Shown: piece by piece, positions 1 to 11,700 of the stretch
Layout of the letters: every line of letters begins with the position of its first letter
Numbering within the stretch: position 1 is the first letter of the stretch
Assembly (NCBI GenBank): GCA_964016885.1
Contig: OZ024741.1
Span: forward strand, 204,786,001 to 204,850,000
Reading direction: 5' to 3'
DNA length: 64,000 nucleotides
Source of the DNA: Eledone cirrhosa
Taxonomy: Eukaryota
The notes under the pieces: generated by a model
Database searches by the model: none
What the model was told of the DNA's origin: nothing
What the model saw: the letters and a program-made list of their open reading frames with translations, nothing else
Program-made: the position numbers and the translations under genes

Positions 1-1135
1 TTCGGTGTATCAGATATTTGGAAGTCATGGGTTTGGCATAATGGGAATGGAGGATTTGTTTTTTGTTATTAATGGTTTCTAACCAGAGCTCTGTGTCTAG
101 TACAGGTAATCGATGGTTGGGGTGTTTGCTTGGGTAGTCTATAGTAACTCTAATACTCTGGTGGATGGAGTTAGCTATTTGCTGGATGCTTTCCATTGTG
201 TTTTTCTCTAATTCCTGACTGTTCTCTAGTGGGGGTGTTTTTACTACGATGTTTATATCAACGTAGTGGGAGTACATTATCAGGGTTAAGAGGTTGCTGT
301 CTTCTAATTGTTCTTTAAGTTTAAGTCTATTGTCCCACCATACCATGAATAGGTTAGCTATGTCACCTGCAATGCTAACATCAATGGCTGCTCCCTCCTC
401 TTGGGTTTTTCCATTAAATTTGAACATATGTTCCTTAAGGGTTAATTTTATACTGGCCCCCACTGCATGTGCAATCATTTTCTTTAGTTCGTGGTTTTCG
501 GGGATCCGTATGGCTCTGGTCCACCCGTTCCAGCTTTCTGTGTGGGTTTTCTTGGTCATTGAGGTAATGGTAGGTGGTCTGCCTCTTGCTGGTCTTGTAG
601 GGCACAGGTTGCTAAGGTCATATGTATCTAGATAATCATTACTATAGGTAAGTTTAAGTAGGAGTCCCAGCTCACTGGTATCAATCCCACGGAATTCAAC
701 ATTGCTCTCACTGATTATTTCTACGCATTTCTCCACAGCAAAATCCACGTCAATGGATGGACATAGGGACACAACATCCATACTACCTATTATATAGTTT
801 GTTAGGTCCCTAGATCGGTTACTTTCGCTGATTCTGCTGAGGAGGTCCTCCGTGCTGTCACATATATCTGGGGACATTTCAATGATGGGGCGTATGATCA
901 GGGAGAGGAAGTAGGAAAGTCTGTAGTTACTAGCAATGTTAGCTCCACAGACTAGCCGTGGTGGTGTTCCTGTGACAGGGTCACTACTCGTTTTATGGTC
1001 TTTTTGAAGCCCATACAACACTGGCACGTCATTGTTCCAGGCCTGGAAGTTGTTGGCAGTCCTTTTATTGGGCTGCATTATGTTTGTCCACATCATCATA
1101 TGGGCATTGAGGGTTTTCTCCCTAACTTCTTTTAT
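1..1135 (-). mobile_element. Penelope-like retroelement (PLE) reverse transcriptase region, 5'-truncated, running off the left edge
   Basis: Hand translation of the - strand frame is stop-free from about 1159 to 1: LYGLQKDHK..PRLVCGA..IGSMDVVSLCPSID..HMFKFNGKTQEEGAAIDVSIAGDIANLFMVWWD..YSHYVDIN..ANSIHQSIRVTIDYPSKH..LPVLDTELW..HYAKPMTSK. These are PLE RT fingers, palm and thumb motifs. Confidence 0.85.
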
Positions 1136-1239
1136 AGTTTCCCCAGAAGTGAGATGGTATTAGTAGTTCTTCTCTCTTGCATAAAACCATCTGCATCTCA
1201 TCAAAATTAATTTTGTTTGTAATCAATTGTTCAATTACT

Positions 1240-1680
1240 CTTCAAAACCTGATCCAATAATTTGATGCCTCTGTAATTGTAGTAGTTGATAATGATGCCA
1301 CTACACCTTCCTGTACTACCTGATTAACTATGCAAATAACTAACCTGTGTCCTACCCCATCAGATAGTTTAATCATCTCAGCAACAATCCGTGATTGGTT
1401 GGCTTCTTTCCCTACCTTCATATCTTTTATCACTTTATCTACCATACTGTTGTCAACTTTGATGGCTGGTGTTTCAGTCGGGTCTATTTGGGGCAGACCC
1501 ACACTTTCCCATCTATTCTCCTCATTCCACAACTTGTAGTAACACTTCAATGCATCTGACTTTTCAATGTCAGTAAGAGTAAATGAGCCATTGTTGTTCC
1601 ACACGCTTCTTCCCCACATCTTTGTTCTCTCTGGTACACTGTCTTGCAATCTGAAACACTTCATGCCTCTCATCCTAATG
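1240..1680 (-). mobile_element. Degenerate RTE-clade LINE fragment (pre-RT region)
   Basis: ORF 1242..1673 contains PTETPAIKVD..VDKVIKDMKVGK..IVAEMIK..IVNQVVQEG, homologous to the RTE ORF at 2215-2804 and to 54800-55100. Confidence 0.8.
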
Positions 1681-2214
1681 TAGTCCTATCTAATTTTTTT
1701 GCTTGTACTGTATTGGTAATACTACATAGAATTACACACAAAAAAGGCAAAGAACTATGGACACTATACTAATATCAACATAAACTAAAAATTATACAGC
1801 ATACACGAAACCAATTATAATAACTGTAATGCTTCTACTATTGAGACATTTTAAATCAACTCCTAGCCATTCCCATGATACTTTACCACCACTGTTAAGA
1901 ATGTGATCAATCTACCACTACTATGATTCTGATGCTGGAGCTGTGAAGGTTTTAAGGTGTTAGTACATACATAGATTTAGGAATGCTATTGTTCCAAACT
2001 AAGCATAAAAAAAACTAATAAGGAAATATTAAAAATCCTTAATGAAAATGATCAAACTGGAGCATGTTTTCAATATAACACACATACACAAATATATATA
2101 TATATGTGTATGCATGTGTTCCAATTGCGTGTATGCACACAACCATGCATACGCATATGCATGTGTGTACATGTTTATCTGTATATATATATGGATATAA
2201 ATATATGTACATAT

Positions 2215-2823
2215 ATGAGAGACTGATGAATGTGGAATACGAATGGGAGAGAGAAAAACTACCCCCAGTAGACTTGACAGAGGGACCAGCTATTGAGATT
2301 GACGAATATAGGGGCCAAGAGGTAATTAAGGAAATGAAAAATGGTAAGGCCACTGGACCATCGGGGATAGTTGCTGAGATGCTGAAGGCATCAGAAGTAG
2401 GTGCTAAACTGGTTGCACGCATCGTCAATCAGGCTATATATGGCGGAGTCATACCCAAAGACTGGTGCAGCCGCATTCTCATAAATTGCTACAAAGGTAA
2501 AGGGGACGCTCTGGAGAGGAGCAATTATAAAGGCATAAAACTAATGGAGAGGAGCAATTATAGGAGTATAAAACTGATAGATCAGGTTATGAAAGTGGCA
2601 GAAAGGATATTAGCACAACTAATTAGAGAAAGGGTCAAACTAGATGAGATGCAGTTTGGTTTTGTGCCTGGGAAGAGTACAACAGATGCCCTCTTCTTAG
2701 TGAGACAACTACAACAGAGGTTTTTACAGAAGAATAAGCCACTATACTTAGCTTTTGTTGACCTAAAGAAGGCCTTTGATAGGGTACCCCGATCTGTCAG
2801 CTGATGGTCCCTATGGTGTAGAG
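2215..2823 (+). mobile_element. RTE-clade LINE RT fragment, 5' part (interrupted by a hAT element)
   Basis: MKNGKATGPSGIVAEMLK..IPKDW..YKGKGDALERSNY..QFGFVPGKSTTDALF..LAFVDLKKAFDRVPR. The element resumes at 5874. Confidence 0.92.
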
Positions 2824-3447
2824 CGAAGATTCTCAACCCATTTTGCCCCTCGAAATCATGAAACGCCCCCCTACCCTATTTTTCCATTTTTCGATATACT
2901 ACTGATTTTGATATCAGTAGATTACTGGGCCAAATCAAGTTATCTTAGATTATTTAAAAAATACTTGTACGAATTAAATACAAAAAAGTTTCAGTCCAAA
3001 ACAAAAGCAAGCTATTTCAAATCATATATTTTTGAAATAAAAAAAAACATTTGATCTCAGTCAAAAAAGCTTCTTTTTTTTTAAATTCTATATTTCACTG
3101 TTAGCTGTTGTAATATTTTGAGTGGATAGACAATTGAAACTGCAAAGTCAAAATACAAAAGATGCAAAATATGAAGAATTTTTTACCTTTCTCTGAAATC
3201 ACAAACTCAGGGAAATAGTACCTTGCAAAACAATATACCTCGTAGCAAAATAAGTAGTAAGGAATGAATTGAGAAGCTTGGTGACTGAGAAAGCAATATT
3301 TTTATCCCTTATATATAAACATAGATAGACACACACACACACAAACTTGTGTGTGTGTGCCTTGGTACAGAAAGAATTTTGTCTACAGTTTTTTATTGCC
3401 AGGTCAAAGGCCACAGCTCTTTTCAACAACGCCAAATAACAACGCTC

Positions 3448-3481
<34 letters not shown>

Positions 3482-3557
3482 AATGAAGAGAGAAAGAGGG
3501 AGGGACAGAGAGAGTAAGAAATGTGTGTGTGTTTGGTACACGTCTATCTATCTATCT

Positions 3558-4605
3558 ATGCTCGGGGTCTGGTTTGGTCCGGACCTCCAGGTGGAGAAGA
3601 ACTGGAACGAAGTGTCGGCCAAGGTGTTTGCACTCACCCAGAAGTGGGCCAAGTGCAAACTATCCTTGAAAGGTCGAGCGGAAGTGCCTTGTCCAGCCAA
3701 AACGCTCGCCAAAATGGAGCATGGAAGAGGCGGGCTCCTTTGGTGAGAAGATCCATCTGCTGCCAACATCCTTCCAACGGAGGGCTGGGGATGCCGTGGC
3801 TGACGATGCGCAAACACGCGCTGTGGCATCTCTACATATTCCTCACCGGACAACCGGTGTGGGCCCAAAAGTCCCTGACCTGGCAGTGCTACCGAGGAGC
3901 TCTACCAGTTCGAGACAAGCTCTACAGACATGGGTGCCCGGGCAGGGACCCTGCAAAAAAGATCTGTCCGAGGTGCGTGCGAGATGAAGAAACCGTCGCG
4001 CACGCATTCATACACTGCCCGGGCATCACCGATCTGTGGGGCTATGTAGGACGACTATTGTCGCGAGTGGGACCAATCCGGTTGACCACCGAGTCCATTG
4101 TCATGATCAAACCACCACCCTCCTTCAAAAACGAAGGAGAGGCAGTTTTCCTTTGTGTGATAGCTATGGCGAAAGATGTTGTATGGTGGACAAGGTTGAA
4201 AGGGCTGAGGTCAGACACCTTTCTCTCCGGCCAACAACTGATTCTTTTTTTCAAATACCACTTTGGAAGAAGAATCAGGATGGAGAGAGACGTGCTGTAC
4301 CCCAGCAAGTTTTATGAAAGGTGGGTGAAAGTGGCGAGAATGGGCCTTCTCTCTATATCAGCCTGTAGGTTGAGGAAAAAGAGGAGGAGATGAAAGGAGT
4401 ACAAACTCTTCGTACTCCTGAAGATGAGGGTTGCACATTTTTTTGGGGGGTATGTGTTACCCATATGAAATGTCTCCCCCTATTGGGGAAAATCGACTAA
4501 TTTTTAAATTACATTTGTGATAATATTTTACACGTTTTTATTGTATGTAAACTTCCCCCTTTGTATTTGTCCCCTTCTTTTGTGCCCCTGTGGCTAATAA
4601 AGAAA
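3558..4605 (+). mobile_element. 3' portion of a Tx1/L1-clade LINE (ORF2 end with zf-RVT-type Cys/His motif, plus 3' UTR)
   Basis: LGVWFGPDLQVEKNW..LSLKGRA..GGLGMP..LTWQCYRGALPVRDKL..CPRCVRDEETVAHAFIHCP. Ends in TAATAAAGAAA and is flanked by (TATC)n-like sequence. Confidence 0.85.
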
Positions 4606-4923
4606 CATATCTATTTATCTCCAATAGGGGGCTCACACATGCGACCATTGCTGTTGGAGCTTCCAACAGCAATGGTTGCATTCCTTAAGGGTATGTCAAT
4701 ATTTATTTATAAAACTGCTCCATATTATATTTTATCTGATGAAAGCACACCATAATTTAACTTGGTGTCCTTGAAATATGTATAATGAAATAAATATGGT
4801 TTTATAAATATAGTTTCCATTTGTTAATATCGTATTTTTACTCCAATTATTTGTTGAGTGCTTTATATCAGTTATAAAAATATTGGCTTGTTGTATCCCA
4901 ACAATTTAAATAGAACTTTTACG

Positions 4924-5370
4924 TATATATATATATATATATTTATATATATGTGTGTGTGTATGTGTATAATATATATATTATACACACACATATATAT
5001 ATATATAACCTTACACACTTAAATATAAATGCATGTATATATATACAAATGTATAAATGCATAGCTATACACATACGTAAATGTATGTATGTATATATGT
5101 ATGTATGTAGATTTATATATATATATGTATGTAGATTTATATGTATATATATACATATATATATAAATATATGTATGTATGTAGATTTATATATGTATGT
5201 ATGTAGATTTATATATATATGTATGTACATTTATATATATATATGTAGATGTATATATATATATATATATATATAAATCTACATACATATATACATACAT
5301 TTACGTATGTATATAGCTATGCATTTATACATTTGTATATATACATGCATTTATATTTAAGTGTGTAAGG
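4924..5370. repeat. Compound (TA)n/(TATG)n microsatellite with about 110-bp inverted arms
   Basis: 5009 CCTTACACACTTAAATATAAATGCATG.. is the reverse complement of ..CATGCATTTATATTTAAGTGTGTAAGG ending at 5370. Confidence 0.85.
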
Positions 5371-5873
5371 ATGTTGATATGATCTATGTCTTCTTTTTTT
5401 GGTAAGGAGAAATTTTTTGTCTCCCAATTTTATTACCTAGGGAGATAAATACCACACTTCTGGCTGAAAGCTGACCAGGCTCTCAACTTCATCAAACACT
5501 AACGCCGGCCTGTGTGTGTGTATATATGTGTGTGTATGTATGTGTGTGTATGTTCGCCACCATTGCTTTTTCTTGTCATTTCTGTTGAAGTAGTCCTTAC
5601 TTTCATTCTCTTTGATTTCTTTTGATTTTCTTTTATCTCCCTAAGGAATTCGTTGACAAGCTTCTTTAATTTATTTTCTTTGTTTTCTTCATTCAAATCA
5701 CTGGCTGTCTAAGAGACTGTACAAATATGACTTATAAAACATACCAAACTAAAAGGGCTTCTAGCGCCCTCAAAGTTTCAAACGACCCCCTAACGCCCCT
5801 TTAGTGCATAACGCCCCTCTAGGGCTACGAAACAGGGGAGGGGGGTATCCCCCCCCCCTGTTGAGAACCTTTA

Positions 5874-6550
5874 GTGTAGAGGAATGGCTTGTGAGGACAG
5901 TGCAAGCTAAGTACAGAGGTGCTGTCAGTAAGGTGAGGGTAGGAATGGAGTTTAGTGAGGAATTCCAGATACAAGTAGGAGCACATCAGGGTTTGGTCCT
6001 CAGGCCGCTCTTGTTCATTATAGTCCTCCAAGTCATAACAGAGGAGTTTAAGACTGGCTGCCCATGGTAACTTCTCTATGCTGAAAATCTGGTTCTTATA
6101 TCAGAATCAGTAGAGGGGCTAGAGAATAAATTCTGGCTATGGAAACAGCAGTTGGAATCAAGAGGACTGAGAGTGAACCTAGCTAAGACAAAAGTGTTGA
6201 TGAAGCAAGCATGCTCCGTTGGATGTGTAATGTCAATGTGCATGAACAACCAAGCATAGATGAGTTGAGAGAGAAGTTGTAGTGTGCGGGAGAGAAGACT
6301 GCGATGGTATGGACATGTGATGCGCATGGAGGATGACCGCTGGGCAAAGAAGTGCCAAGAAATCCCAGTAGAAGGAAGACGCAGTAGAGGAAGGCCACAA
6401 AAAACATGGGCGGAGGTGGTGAGACCTCAGATCGCTGAAGCTCACAGAGGAGATAACGAAGGACTGTGACAAGTGGAGAGATGCTGTGCTGAATAGGACT
6501 CGTCCCACTATTGCAAGCAGGGAAAAGCGGACGTAAAATGATGAGGATGT
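5874..6550 (+). mobile_element. RTE-clade LINE 3' part (continuation of 2215-2823), internally deleted
   Basis: VEEWLVRTVQA..GAHQGLVLRPLLFIIVL..GCPW; RERRLRWYGHVMRM..GRRSRGRPQKTW. Ends in a (GAT)n-like tail. Confidence 0.9.
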
Positions 6551-6576
6551 GGATGAGTGTCTGTTTATATAAGTGT

Positions 6577-6880
6577 CATCATCATCATCATCCCTGTTTT
6601 ACGTTGATGTCTCCATGGGTTAGACGGGTTGTCCTGTTGTAGGCAATGCCAGGTAAGGTGACCATGTCTTGCTCATACAGGACTGATTTTGGTTCGGTTT
6701 CAACAGCTGGATGCCCCTCCTAACACCAACCTCATTTACAGTGAGTACTGGGTGCTTTTTTTACAATGGCGCCTACACAACCACTTTACAGTGTGGACTG
6801 GGTGCTTTTTGTCGTGACACCTACATGACCACTTTACAGCGGGAGGGGCGTGAGGGCATACTGTCTATATGCTTCAGCTT
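6577..6880 (-). mobile_element. Short RTE-associated interspersed repeat with (CAT)n tail
   Basis: Core GCTGGATGCCC.TCCTAAC.CCAA..TTTACAG..TACTGGGTGCTTTT recurs near 17280, 18640-18790, 22180, 38080-38140, 49080, 59170 and 61420. Confidence 0.7.
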
Positions 6881-7445
6881 CGGCTTGTACCCATGGGAAC
6901 TCAAGTCTTTTGTATTACTGTGTAACACCAGAGGTGCAATTGGGCAAGGTCAGTTTTTATCACCTTCTTGGGTCTTCCCACTCCAAGGCTTCCATCGACT
7001 TTTAGTGCTCTGCACCTTTTTATACAATTGTCATCCTTCATATGCATTACATGTCTATACCAACACAATCACCTCTCCTGCACACAACATTTGATTCCTT
7101 TTATGCTTAGTCTCTCTCTTAATTCGTTTATGCTTTGCCGTTTACGTATATTACTATTACAAATCCATCGGAGTATGCAAGCTTCGTTTCTTTCTAATCT
7201 ACGCAAGTCTTCTGCCCACAATGCCCAGGTCACACTACCATGTAGCATTGGTATTCGTATGCACGCATCATACAGTCTGCCTTTCATTTTGAGGGAAAAG
7301 CCTTTTGTAGCTAGCAGTGATAGTAGCTCCCTGAATTTCTTCCATCCCATTTTTACCCTAGTTACAATATTTTCAGAACCCCCCACCCCTCCGCTAATAA
7401 TTCATTGTCCTAGATAGCAGAAGCTGCCTACTGTTTCTACAGAGC
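6880..7445 (-). mobile_element. RTE-clade LINE 3' fragment
   Basis: VGSFCYLG..GWKKFRELLSLLATKGFSLKMKGRLYDAC..MLHGSVTWAL..LERNEACILRWIC. Confidence 0.88.
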
Positions 7446-7519
7446 CCTCCCAGAATTTGGTAGTTTTTGTTTCCTGTGTGGGCGCATATATATGCCTCTG
7501 TGGGTATACATCTGTGTAA

Positions 7520-7850
7520 GGACTACAAAGGAAGAATATTCCTCTTGGCAATACTCCCATGATTTCTTGAAGACCTGCTGCAGTGTGAATATTTGGTCGG
7601 TTGTGCTGTGTCCGGAGCGAAAACTGCACTGTTCATCAGCTAGCTTGGACTTGACAATCTCCCTGCTGCATCTCTTTGCCAGACATTTAACATAAACTTT
7701 ACCGGGGAGGCTTAACAAGGAGATCCCTCCGTAATTGGAACAATCTCTCTTGTCTCCCTTTTTGAAAATTGGGATTATCACTCCTGATTGCCATTGCTTA
7801 GGGGCCTTTCCAGAGATCCAGGCTACCTGGCACATACGAGTCAGCTGGAG
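7520..7850 (-). mobile_element. Second RTE family (Expander-like) RT fragment
   Basis: CQVAWISGKAPKQWQSGVIIPIFKKGDKRDCSNYGGISLLSLPGKVY..FRSGHSTTDQIFTL; closely similar to 14122-14400. Confidence 0.88.
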
Positions 7851-8552
7851 AACATTTCTCTATTTAAGGCTTTTAACATCAGTTGATTTGAGTTTGGTAT
7901 TGTTTTTCAATCTGGCATGGCAGATGTTGTAGTAGTAATTGGTGATTCTGTAAATTGTTCTCTCCCATATAAATTCGCTGAGCATGTTTGTGACTTATGG
8001 CAAATGAATTGTGTGTAAGGCGAGATGTGTAACTGTATTTGTTGCCATAGACAATAGTTGAAGGTTGAAAGTAAAGCTGCCATTAACAATATCTAGTGAA
8101 CAATAACAAATATCACTACTATAATAATTTTTAATAAGAAAATAACTTACATCAAAGTTATTGTTGACAATACAGGAAAATAACAAGGAACCAAGTGAAT
8201 TGTGTGTTATGTTTGTGCTGTTGGTTTGCAAGAATGAAGTAGTAGTAGATGTATTGAACTAACCTTTATCGAGGTACAAACTCTATCAAGAGAGCCTGGA
8301 GTTTTTGGCTAAGCGCTACATCTATCTGCTTGCAAGAAACAAGGGCAAATGATGAAGAAAGTTTTGTCTCAAATAACCTCAATTTGGCCAGTTTCTCCAG
8401 ACTACTGGTGCCAACTTGAGACAAAGAAAAAACTGAACATCGTGTTGTCTAGGGGTCAGCATGTGTGGAAAGATTTCACTACATAATAACCTGATCACTA
8501 TATTCCTCCTGCCAGATTATGATATTACCACTATTATTATTACTATATTCTA

Positions 8553-8738
8553 TATTGGCAGTATCAGTAGAGGGTCGGACGCCATGCTTTCCAGCATAGT
8601 TACGTCCCTTTACGATCTGAGTTCAAATCCCGCCGAGGTTGACTTTGCCTTTCATCCTTACGGGGTCGATAGAATAAAGTACCAGTAATGCACTGGGTAA
8701 TTGCTAGCCTTGTGCCTAAAGTAGAAACAATTATTATA
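8553..8738 (+). mobile_element. tRNA-derived SINE (family 1)
   Basis: B-box-like GAGTTCAAATCCC, body GACTTTGCCTTTCATCCTT..GGGGTCGAT, 3' end CCTTGTGCCTAAAGTAGAAACAA(TTA)n. Partial copies at about 9110-9170 and 11295-11345. Confidence 0.8.
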
Positions 8739-11700
8739 TATACAATTTATTAAAACTTACCAGTCTCCCACTTCTAACTTCAAGTTAATGTGTGCATGCA
8801 CGGGTGAATGTGTGTGTGAGTGTATCCATGTCTGTGCATGTGTGTTGAACCTGTCTATACACATGTCTGTATCTATATGTGCGTGTGAGTGCAGCGCCAG
8901 AACCTGTGACCAGCACTCCTAAAAAATAGAGAAGGAAAAGAAAAAAACATGTCTACGGCCAACTAAATGACAGGGCGGGGTGGGGTGAGAACACAATCCA
9001 ACCAAAGCCTACAACTTCAAAGAAATTAAGAACCCATTTGACACCCCAGACATGTTCTTTGTTTTTGTTTCTATTTTTTATTTTCATCATCATATTACAT
9101 TATCCCACCAAGATTAACTTTGCCTTTCATCCTTACAGGGTCGATAGAATAAAGTACCAGTAATGCACAGATAATTTCCTCCGAATGAAACAGTTCTAGT
9201 CCTGTAGAAGCCATTTCTATATTAAATATTTATACTCTATGTATTGAGTACCTTACTTACTGTGGTTACCCCCGATTGAATCTTGGATAAACATATATAT
9301 ATACAATGAAACAAAATTGTGTATCAAATGATCTTATCTGGTTACACCCCTCACTCATCTGTGGTGTATGTTTTTTACATTTGTTTAAATGGCTACCTTG
9401 TATTGAATATCTGAAAAATGTCGAAGTTCAGATTGTATCGCATAAGATTACCAAACAAAATTTGGTTTACCTTAACAGTCATTCTGAATTCATAAAGTCA
9501 AATGCTTTTTGTTTTAAAGTTTTTCTATACAATATTTATGATTTCCATTTTTAAGTCATGAAGACATGACTTTTTCTTTTTTTTCTAATATTTATTTAAT
9601 TTAAAAAAAATAAAATTTTACATTTTAATGTAAACTTTCAAAAAATTAATCAACTTATTCTTAGCATTTAAAAAGAATAAAATCATCATGCTAAGAATAT
9701 TATCAATTTATAATTAAATTTTGTAGTTGGGTATATGAAAAGAATGAACGAACGTATAGGAAGACTAATAAGTGTATTCCTCGCTTTTACAGTCTATTAA
9801 TAATTCTAATCATATTATAAGCCTCCTTGTATGTGGGCGTCATGAAGACGATGCCATGGCATAACAATAGTTCGGCGGAGCTTACAAGCTACTTGTAGAA
9901 CATTAAAGTGAATTATAAAGATATATATATCGAAAATTTCATTATAAATATACGAAATATTAAATAAATAAATATTTGATAATTTCGTTAAATCTCCAAC
10001 CATTAAAAAAATCTTTTATATTTAGAATGGTGTTTTTGAAAATAAAACCATTCTCATGCTTAAAAAAAGGATAATCTTTAAAAAATTCTAAAATTATTTT
10101 CTTTATAATTGTGAATATAAAGGCCTATGTTTTGTTTATTTTAAAACTGTTCTGGCAGCATGTTGAATGCAACTGCACACCCCGCCCTGCTCCAACCACT
10201 GTTTCTGCTGGCCTTTTGTTGTCTCTAACTTGCTTTGCTCAACTAGTTAGCACGAAAAATTCCACGATGGCGGTAATTCTCCTTTAAGGAAGAGTGACCC
10301 TATCACTAATCATTGCATTTATCGAGTCTTTAACGATTTCAAAGCTCCCATTACTGTCATTTTCTTTATTTATTACTATCTTTATTGTTTTTAAAATTAT
10401 TATTTGCACCCAGTGATTATAGCAATTTTCTTGTCGACTAAATACGTAGATTTTTTCATGAGAACCTGGTCTGGCTGACTCCATGTTGGTATGCCAAGAT
10501 ACGTGGTATCCAATCTGAAGACAACTTGGACAATATTTGCTGACAAAAATGGTAATGCTTTCGAAATTTACAAATCTTAAAATATATATTTACTGTCTCC
10601 TATAGTAACATGACTTTTATTCTAAATATCGAAAGAAAAATTACGGTTTATTATGGAAAAAATTTGTTCCTAAATTTCGCCTAATGGTGTTTTTTTTTTT
10701 GTTTTGTACTAAAAGTACAATTATTTTGTATGGTTTTTATCACCAAACAATTATTAAAAGAAATATGAAAACCAAGATCGGTTCGAGTTAATAGGGAAGT
10801 TTCTTCGTGGTTGTTTAACTTGCTAGAAACAGCAGTTATATCTCTATTGAACCACGCCTTGCTGTCTTTATAAACAAGGACAGGCATAATATAGTCCCAG
10901 TGTACAGTATTCTTGACAGTCAGATCTGCTACATCATAAGGACAAATTTTGAGCCTAATAACTATAAAGATATTTTAACTGTCAGTCGTACTTTCCTCCA
11001 TAATGTAGATGTCACGTGAGTGTTAGCGCCAAAATTCATCTCCCTTGGTTTCTTACAATTGTAATATTTATTGTTTTATTTTCGTTGCGACATGCTACTG
11101 ACACTTCCTTTTTCTCTCCATCCAATTGTCTTATGAATTAAAAAAACAAGGAATTTTTTTTTTCATTTGAGAAGTAAATAATTTTCTTATTGAATACAAC
11201 GAATAACTATAGCTTAATTTACTAAGGGATTACATAATTTTTGAAATTTATTTCATCAGGCATATATCAAGTACATTCTTGAGTTGGTTTAATAATAATA
11301 ATTGTTTCTACTTTTGGCACAAGGCCAGCAATTACCCAGTGCATTGAAGTTGTGCTCAGGTGCGGATAAATTTCTACAATAATAGTTATATAAATCACAA
11401 ATTACGTAATGAGAAAACATTTAAAAGTGTATTTTAAAGATTTTATATTAATGAGATTAAGTATAATTTTATATCGGAGTTAATATTCCAGGTGCTTATT
11501 TATTTGGTTAGTTCATATTTTAAAGACCATTGAATATATGAATTCTGTTTTAAAACTGGTTTTTAAATTATATGGTAAAATATAATGCTAAATGTTTTTC
11601 ATTGCTAATGCAATCCTGGTGGTAAAAAATGGTGTGAAATTACACGATTCTAATTTAATTGTACAGAAAATAAACAATTTTGTTGTGAGTCAAACGGAAC

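Larger units (their letters stand above)
2824..5873. mobile_element. Non-autonomous hAT (Charlie-like) DNA transposon with nested insertions
   Basis: 8-bp TSD GTGTAGAG at 2816-2823 and 5874-5881. Imperfect 14-bp TIRs CGAAGATTCTCAAC / GTTGAGAACCTTTA. Removing the element rejoins the RTE RT sequence. Confidence 0.85.

Noticed and set aside
294-1210. + strand ORFs 294..635 and 995..1210
   Set aside because: Antisense shadows of the Penelope-like RT frame on the - strand.
4943-5276. ORFs rich in Y/I/M/C/H (also 2039-2428, 3199-3462, 52651-52904, 63183-63490)
   Set aside because: Translations of (TA)n/(CA)n/(GA)n microsatellites, not genes.
7907-8260. - strand GTAAGT..CTAG pair (8150-8093) with a 60-aa ORF downstream
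   Set aside because: The intron would be only 58 nt, the peptide resembles nothing I recognise, and no consistent upstream frame was found.
8553-8738. tRNA gene (B-box GTTCAAATCC)
   Set aside because: No cloverleaf; it is the head of a multicopy SINE.
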